Shown one piece after another: positions 58,117 through 64,000 of a DNA stretch of 64,000 bases (the first letter of the stretch is position 1; each line of letters starts with the position of its first letter). A program made the translations under genes and the position numbers. A model generated the notes under the pieces. The model saw nothing but the letters and a program-made list of their open reading frames with translations. It did no database searches and had not been told where the DNA came from. Source of the DNA: an uncultured euryarchaeote (GTDB taxonomy: Archaea; Thermoplasmatota; Poseidoniia; Poseidoniales; Poseidoniaceae); assembly GCA_963981035.1 (NCBI GenBank), contig CAXCCF010000002.1, forward strand, positions 15,578 through 79,577. The letters run 5' to 3'.

Positions 58117-58235
58117 AGTATTGGCCAAGGGCCACCCCATTTTCAACCGTTGCATGTTAGGAGTTATCTTCTGATGATTTATCAGCCCAAATGCTAACCT
58201 TCACTAGCAGTAATTTCCAATTCTTCATCTTCTAT

Positions 58236-59720
58236 TTATTCAGATTTTTTCTTACCCTCCCATTTAGGGATGTTTTTGGAAGATTTTGATTCATTATATC
58301 TCATTGAAATTGGTTTTACAATAAATAGTGTGATTCCAATTATTACAATAAAACTAATTCCAATGAGAATAGACTTGTTACTCGTTGAATCTGATTGTTC
58401 CTCAACATATATGGTAAATTCAATTATTGATTCCACTCCATCATCGTCTGTTACAATTAACATCATATTCTTTTGACCAATGATTTGAAAATCGTTCTGA
58501 GTGAACGATTCTGTGCCACTGATTATCGGACTTCCATCAACAAACCAAACATATTGTAAAGTTTCCATGTCGGCACTTGTATCGGAACTTCCCGAGCAAT
58601 TCAATTGCCAATCTTCAGCATTTGCTGGTGTTAATGAACTACCATTGGATACTTCAAAACCATCCAATGTGAGGTGTGCCTGAGGTGGACTATTGATTAC
58701 AGTAAATGCATGACTTGTAGTCACGAAGTGACCGCCTAAATCCCGAACCAATAATTCAATAGTCCAATCACCCGAAAGAATTGGAACAATATTCAATGAA
58801 TAGTCATCAATTTTTTCTTCTGTTGTGGGGCTATGTACTTTACCATCAGGGGAATGTATAGTCCATACTATGTGCTCACCTGAGCCACTATAACCGTCGT
58901 CTATCAAAGCAGAAATGATAATTTGTTCAGATTCCATAATACTCTCTAAACCACTCAAATTTACTATTGGCTCATGAGTATCTATTACCACCGCTAAGGA
59001 TTCAGAATTTGAATATAATAGCAAGGCATCAACTACTACAAATTCAAATTGATATATCCCATCGTCAATATCCATTTCTAAATGATCTAATGTCACAAAA
59101 ACCGTTCCGTCATCATCCGATTGATTCAGTGAAATTAGATTTGGTTCTTCTAAGCAAACTGAATGAGGTGCCTCACAAATGTTAGCAATAACATTGACAC
59201 CAGTGTTATTTAGTCCTGGAACGACATAGGCTATTTCGATGGTTATTGGCTGATCAATAACTATTGTTGTGTCATAATCAATATCCAATATCATCGGCCT
59301 ATGGCCTGTTTCACCCAAATATACAATCAAGGAATTAGACATTGGATCTAATCCATTTGGAACAGAAATTGTAAGCAAACAAGTACATTCAATTCCAGCC
59401 GTAGTAATATCTAGAGTCCAATTCCATAAGCTTTCAGCGGAAGGTTCAACGCTGGTAAAATGTGATCCTGACAGTTCCAAACTCCAACTGGATAAACCAT
59501 CGCCAACATTCCATAATTCCCATGTGGCTTCGCTTGGTGGTAGTGTTGTTGTTCCATTTATTGAGAGATTCTCAGTGAAAATAACACCATCGTTTTGGAA
59601 GATATACAAATTGTAGTTCTCCTCTTCAAGGTGGTGTGCTGAAACCGAATCTACTATTGACAATGTACAAAAAATGAAAACGATAATGAGGGTTAACAAT
59701 GGCTTAATTATCCTCATCAA
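58236..59720 (-). CDS. Secreted Ig-like/PKD-domain protein with C-terminal TM anchor
   Basis: Signal peptide; NSPPQA...SGSSD...YVW..DG...LIVTDDDG. Confidence 0.72.
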   Translation of the reverse strand: MMRIIKPLLTLIIVFIFCTLSIVDSVSAHHLEEENYNLYIFQNDGVIFTENLSINGTTTLPPSEATWELWNVGDGLSSWSLELSGSHFTSVEPSAESLWNWTLDITTAGIECTCLLTISVPNGLDPMSNSLIVYLGETGHRPMILDIDYDTTIVIDQPITIEIAYVVPGLNNTGVNVIANICEAPHSVCLEEPNLISLNQSDDDGTVFVTLDHLEMDIDDGIYQFEFVVVDALLLYSNSESLAVVIDTHEPIVNLSGLESIMESEQIIISALIDDGYSGSGEHIVWTIHSPDGKVHSPTTEEKIDDYSLNIVPILSGDWTIELLVRDLGGHFVTTSHAFTVINSPPQAHLTLDGFEVSNGSSLTPANAEDWQLNCSGSSDTSADMETLQYVWFVDGSPIISGTESFTQNDFQIIGQKNMMLIVTDDDGVESIIEFTIYVEEQSDSTSNKSILIGISFIVIIGITLFIVKPISMRYNESKSSKNIPKWEGKKKSE

Positions 59721-59782
59721 TACAAGGTAAGATGCTCTTAGCCATCAAGTTTAGCGTAAGATGATTCTTATGCGCAGCAAAA

Positions 59783-62700
59783 TCATTCAGCGAAAGGATC
59801 GCAAAGTTCACCTTGACCAGGATATGAAATTGGATTTCTTGGATTGGTGTCCCATTTGTACTCACAGAAGTTAACGTGACCGTCTCCATCAGTATCTACC
59901 ATTCTATCTGCAGCATCTTCAGGGTCAAATTTGAAGTGATGCTCCCATCCTGTTGCCATTCCATCATCATCGTGATCTTGGTAGTAAACTTCTGGTCCAT
60001 CGTTCCATTCATCACCATCGGTATCATTAGACACAGGATTAGTCATATTTTGCATCTCTTCAAAGTTGGTATAGTTTTCCAAATTATCGTAAAATTTCTT
60101 ACCATCAGGAGTTTCAGGATCAATATGACAATCTGAATTTGTAGTATCGTTATATCCAGGGCAATACTTCTTTATCAATCCTGAACGGTTCAAACCATCA
60201 TTATCTGGGTCTTCTTCTCCATCCCATATACCGTCTAAGTCACTATCCGGCATAGATGGGTCCATTACACCCCGAGCTCCGTAAGCACTGGTTGTGGAAT
60301 TATCAGTTAATCCAAGATTGAGCGCTAATTCAGAGTAGTATACTTCCCACCCATCTGGAAGTTTATCACCATCTGTATCATCATCAACTGGGTTGGTATT
60401 CCACCTATCCGGTGCTTCAGCACCATTCGGCAGCGTATCATTGTCAACATCAAATGTGTCATCCTTCAATGAATCTAATGAAGGGTCTAAGGCCCATCTT
60501 CCAGAACATCCATCGCAATTAGAATTAGAAGGTATTGTAAATCCTGTCAAGTTCATCTCGGAAATTTCATACTTGGCTGTTTGGACGAAACCACCTAGCC
60601 AATTTTGCCAGATATAACCACCAGCGCTCATAGAGCAGTCATCATTTTGATTTGGTGTGCAACTTGGCCTTTGCCAAGAAGATGTTGCAACCCATAATGA
60701 GTGTGAATTTGTGTTCTCTTCAGTTGATTTTACTTGCATTTCCCAACCGTCGAGCATTCCATCGGAGTCTGTGTCATTGATTAGTGGATTTGTCGGATTT
60801 TGGAAAGGCCTCGGAACAAATAACACCTCATGACCATCAATCAGTCCATCTCCGTCTGTATCGGAATTATTTGCATGTGTTAGGAAATTGTCAGCACCTG
60901 CAATTACTTCTTCTCCATCTTCAAGACCGTCATTATCTGTATCAAACATACAAGGGCTTGTGAAATATGCTTCTCCATCCCATGAAAAACCGGCTAATGA
61001 TTCAGTTTGGTCACCCAGACCATCGCCATCAGTATCTGGATTAGAAGCATTTGATCCTTGATTGCAGACTGTCGCGAATTCTTCATAGTCGCTCAAACCA
61101 TCGGCATCAGTATCATACAAACCAGGATCGGATGTAACCCAAGTTCTTTGTACACCTCGATTAACTACAAGGATTTCCCAACCCATTACTTCAATTCCAT
61201 CGATTAATCCATCGCCATCTGTGTCAGGGTTTAGAGGATCGGTAGAGCGCCCATCAGGTTCTCCATCACCATCTTTATCTCTAGCATTATATTCCATAAC
61301 GTTAGTAAATTGTTCTTCTGGCTCTACAATCTCAAGCCATGTAGTTAGCCTTGATTCAATAGTTTGACCAAGAACAACATGGATTTCATACACGTATCCG
61401 TCAACTGGAGCAATTAGTGGAATTGTTTGCTTATTTCCTCCTCCAAGCGTAATTTGAGCCCTCGCAACTGTTTGGTTTGCAACTACCCATTGATCTTTTG
61501 TTACATCAATTCCAATGACTACTGCTGTTAATTCAAGAGTGTCATATCGAACTGCTCCATCACCATCTGCATCCCAACCGTCATGATCAGGGTCAAGGTC
61601 GCCATTCGAACCATCTCTCGGGTGTAGTCCATTAGTTGATTCCCATCCATCAGGCATTCCGTCAAGGTCGGTATCGATTCTCCAAGGAGAAGTGAAATTT
61701 GTTGGACCAAAAATTAAGGCTACTTGATATTCTTCAAGGTTATTCATACCATCCTCGTCCCAATCTCCATATCCATCAGAAGCGTTTGCTGGGTCTAGGG
61801 TTTCATAATCATTATTTTGAGGGTGTTCTAATTGATGTGAGTAACAATACTCAAATCCATCAGGCATTCCATCTCCATCTGTATCCCAATCAGATGGACC
61901 ATTGTTAATTCCATCATTATCCATATCTTGCAAGAACCATGATCTGTCCATTGCCATGAAAGGTGCTGCTCTATTAATAGGGTCAAGTAGTGGAATATTA
62001 CAGTCTTCACCGGTTCCGACGAATAAGGAAACTGAAGTGTTAGATACTTCTACAATATCGTCAATTAAATCATAATCAGAATCTCGTGCTGTCGGATTAG
62101 TTCCAAATTGTTCTTCCTCGAAATTGGCTAGTCCATCATCATCCGTATCGAGTACCATGTCACATGAATGAGCACCTGCAGGGTTTGCTAAGTCATCCCA
62201 ATCGGCATTATTCTCTTCACCATCAAATCTTGCTGATAGGGCATCTTCCATTGCTTGGTCTAATAGTAAGCAATCCCAGTTACCGGATAATGGGTTGAAC
62301 AATTCTACTGTCCCTCCTGGAGTTTGTACTGTAGTTGTGTACAAAGATTCCCAGCGGTCGCCAAGACCGTCGTTATCGCTGTCCGACCTTTGAGGGTCGG
62401 TTCCTAATTCTGCTTCTGCTTGATTGGTTAAGCCATCTCCATCAGGGTCTCCGTTTGGACCTTGGTTTGGGTCAGGCCATGATTCAGTTTCATTCTTTTC
62501 AGATGCATCATCAGTTTCGGCTTGACCCGGGTCGGTTTCCAAATCATCAGATTCACCATTATCAAGTGGATTAAGGCCATGTTCAACTTCCCATCCATCA
62601 CTCATGCCATCTTTATCTGTGTCTGGGTCGTCTGGGTCTGTACCATACTGAGTCTCCTCAAGTGTGTCAGCTAAACCGTCGCCATCTGAATCTGTGGCTG

Positions 62701-62866
62701 AATTAGCGGTACTCCCTTCACCGAATAAATTATCTTCGACAGCACTGTCAAAATTACCGAGAGATTCGCTGGTTTGGTAATATCCAGAAACACCTACGAA
62801 AAGTGATCCGAAAATCAGGGTTGAAACAATTGCCACATAGGCCATTTGGTTGTGAGTTAGTGACAT
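59783..62866 (-). CDS. N-terminally anchored surface protein with many DxDxDG Ca-binding repeats and an inserted lipoyl/biotinyl-like domain
   Basis: N-terminal TM; more than 15 D(T/S)DxDG(L/M)xDxxE...xP repeats. Confidence 0.8.
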   Translation of the reverse strand: MSLTHNQMAYVAIVSTLIFGSLFVGVSGYYQTSESLGNFDSAVEDNLFGEGSTANSATDSDGDGLADTLEETQYGTDPDDPDTDKDGMSDGWEVEHGLNPLDNGESDDLETDPGQAETDDASEKNETESWPDPNQGPNGDPDGDGLTNQAEAELGTDPQRSDSDNDGLGDRWESLYTTTVQTPGGTVELFNPLSGNWDCLLLDQAMEDALSARFDGEENNADWDDLANPAGAHSCDMVLDTDDDGLANFEEEQFGTNPTARDSDYDLIDDIVEVSNTSVSLFVGTGEDCNIPLLDPINRAAPFMAMDRSWFLQDMDNDGINNGPSDWDTDGDGMPDGFEYCYSHQLEHPQNNDYETLDPANASDGYGDWDEDGMNNLEEYQVALIFGPTNFTSPWRIDTDLDGMPDGWESTNGLHPRDGSNGDLDPDHDGWDADGDGAVRYDTLELTAVVIGIDVTKDQWVVANQTVARAQITLGGGNKQTIPLIAPVDGYVYEIHVVLGQTIESRLTTWLEIVEPEEQFTNVMEYNARDKDGDGEPDGRSTDPLNPDTDGDGLIDGIEVMGWEILVVNRGVQRTWVTSDPGLYDTDADGLSDYEEFATVCNQGSNASNPDTDGDGLGDQTESLAGFSWDGEAYFTSPCMFDTDNDGLEDGEEVIAGADNFLTHANNSDTDGDGLIDGHEVLFVPRPFQNPTNPLINDTDSDGMLDGWEMQVKSTEENTNSHSLWVATSSWQRPSCTPNQNDDCSMSAGGYIWQNWLGGFVQTAKYEISEMNLTGFTIPSNSNCDGCSGRWALDPSLDSLKDDTFDVDNDTLPNGAEAPDRWNTNPVDDDTDGDKLPDGWEVYYSELALNLGLTDNSTTSAYGARGVMDPSMPDSDLDGIWDGEEDPDNDGLNRSGLIKKYCPGYNDTTNSDCHIDPETPDGKKFYDNLENYTNFEEMQNMTNPVSNDTDGDEWNDGPEVYYQDHDDDGMATGWEHHFKFDPEDAADRMVDTDGDGHVNFCEYKWDTNPRNPISYPGQGELCDPFAE

Positions 62867-63014
62867 CGGATAGTTCCTACACATACGTGCAAGATTGCCG
62901 ACTTTATGTATCGGTTATAGTCCTTAACTATAGATGGGCGTAAAAACACCTCCAAAGGCACTTTTTGAGTTAATGGAGATTTTCCGAATAATGGCGAAAA
63001 AAGACTGTGTGAAA

Positions 63015-63998
63015 TTAGTTGTATTTTAATTTAGAACTGACTTGAACAATGCATTGTTTATCATCAAATGCAACGGATAATTTTGCAGAGCGCCCGCAAG
63101 CCCTCTGCCAAAGTGCCATTAATGCTCCAACTGAAAATGGCAATGTTGGTGAATGGTTAAATGAAAATTCAATAGAACCACTATCATCAATAGAATTTAC
63201 ATCATTAGGGCAAACAAAACCAAACCTTCCAAGTAAATGTTGACATTTGTCTATCCATTCTGAATCTGAAAGAATGTAAACTGGTCTTTCACTCTGTTCA
63301 ATTACATTGGCCATTGCAAGAGCAGTACAGAGAAAAGTTGACTTTTCGGCTTCATCTATTCCTTCAAAAATTACCGACTGCACTAATTCATCTGGAATAT
63401 TCAATGATCTTGAACGTGTACTAAATAGCAATCTAGTAATGATGTTTCCGGGAATGAATACCATTCGTTCACCCTCGAAATCCCATCCTCCATTTTTCCT
63501 TACGACTTGGAAATTCCCAACGGGAGAGAGTGTAAAATAATTGTCTTGGCAACTTTTGGTCCACGAAAATGTCGCCACTTGTTTGGAAGGCGAAATGTTG
63601 CGCGATTCTTCTTCAAGATTTAGATTGATTAATGTTGAATTTGGTTGATTCCATGATACTTTGAAGCGACTCTTCCTACAATATTCAAGTGCAGCTAAAG
63701 CAACTCCTACAGAAAATGGAGCCAAAGTTGGCTTCGTAATGGTGTTGTCTTTGAAATTTAATTCGCCCCATCCATATTGTAGCCATCTTTCTGAAATTAA
63801 GTCCCTTTTGCGAGATTTTTTGAAAAAACCACTAACATCATATTGTGCATTTGTCAATAAATGATATTCTTCTTCATCGGTGGCTGCATTAACTAATTTC
63901 CTCCCCATTGGTACGGCAATTATTTTCTCAAAATGAATCCACCAAGACTCAAATTCAATTGCCTTCCAAAGCATTAGATGGTTACCTGATGAATCAAA
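63015..63998 (-). CDS. Hypothetical protein, possibly V4R-like (5' truncated by window)
   Basis: Frame is open to the window edge; two repeats of GWG/GF...PFSVG. Confidence 0.55.
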   Translation of the reverse strand, partial: FDSSGNHLMLWKAIEFESWWIHFEKIIAVPMGRKLVNAATDEEEYHLLTNAQYDVSGFFKKSRKRDLISERWLQYGWGELNFKDNTITKPTLAPFSVGVALAALEYCRKSRFKVSWNQPNSTLINLNLEEESRNISPSKQVATFSWTKSCQDNYFTLSPVGNFQVVRKNGGWDFEGERMVFIPGNIITRLLFSTRSRSLNIPDELVQSVIFEGIDEAEKSTFLCTALAMANVIEQSERPVYILSDSEWIDKCQHLLGRFGFVCPNDVNSIDDSGSIEFSFNHSPTLPFSVGALMALWQRACGRSAKLSVAFDDKQCIVQVSSKLKYN

Positions 63999-64000
63999 TA

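Noticed and set aside
62916..62932. TATAGT-N5-ACTATA inverted repeat
   Set aside because: Only 6-bp AT-rich arms; expected by chance

Overview
Gene-dense, AT-rich archaeal chromosomal segment. Its archaeal ribosomal proteins S19e/L39e/L31e/S17e, Kae1, EndA, archease, GGR, 7S SRP RNA, many bacterial-type metabolic genes and large acidic Ca-binding surface proteins suggest Marine Group II Euryarchaeota/Poseidoniales (inference). It holds about 60 CDS, tRNA-Val(GAC) and SRP RNA. I saw no CRISPR array, transposase or integrase. The main observations are as follows. (1) An operon RHH-folE-queE-queC::msrB-queD, in which a QueC lacking its Zn-binding cysteines is fused in frame to an intact MsrB. 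It is preceded by a helically phased AGTAATA array overlapping the TATA box, a candidate repressor-controlled, redox-linked preQ0 system. (2) A 28-bp 11-6-11 dif-like Xer site at 4469-4496. (3) A recurring non-canonical TT[G/C]A[A/T] box 28-32 nt before the start codon of 14 genes that appear to begin transcription units, including one shared bidirectional box. (4) A membrane protein with zinc ribbons and four EF-hands, divergent from a DUF835 gene. (5) Several odd fusions or insertions: TatC with a Cys-rich domain, a lipoyl/biotinyl-like domain inside a surface Ca-repeat protein, and TrmB with V4R. All calls come from motif recognition by eye, with no database searches.
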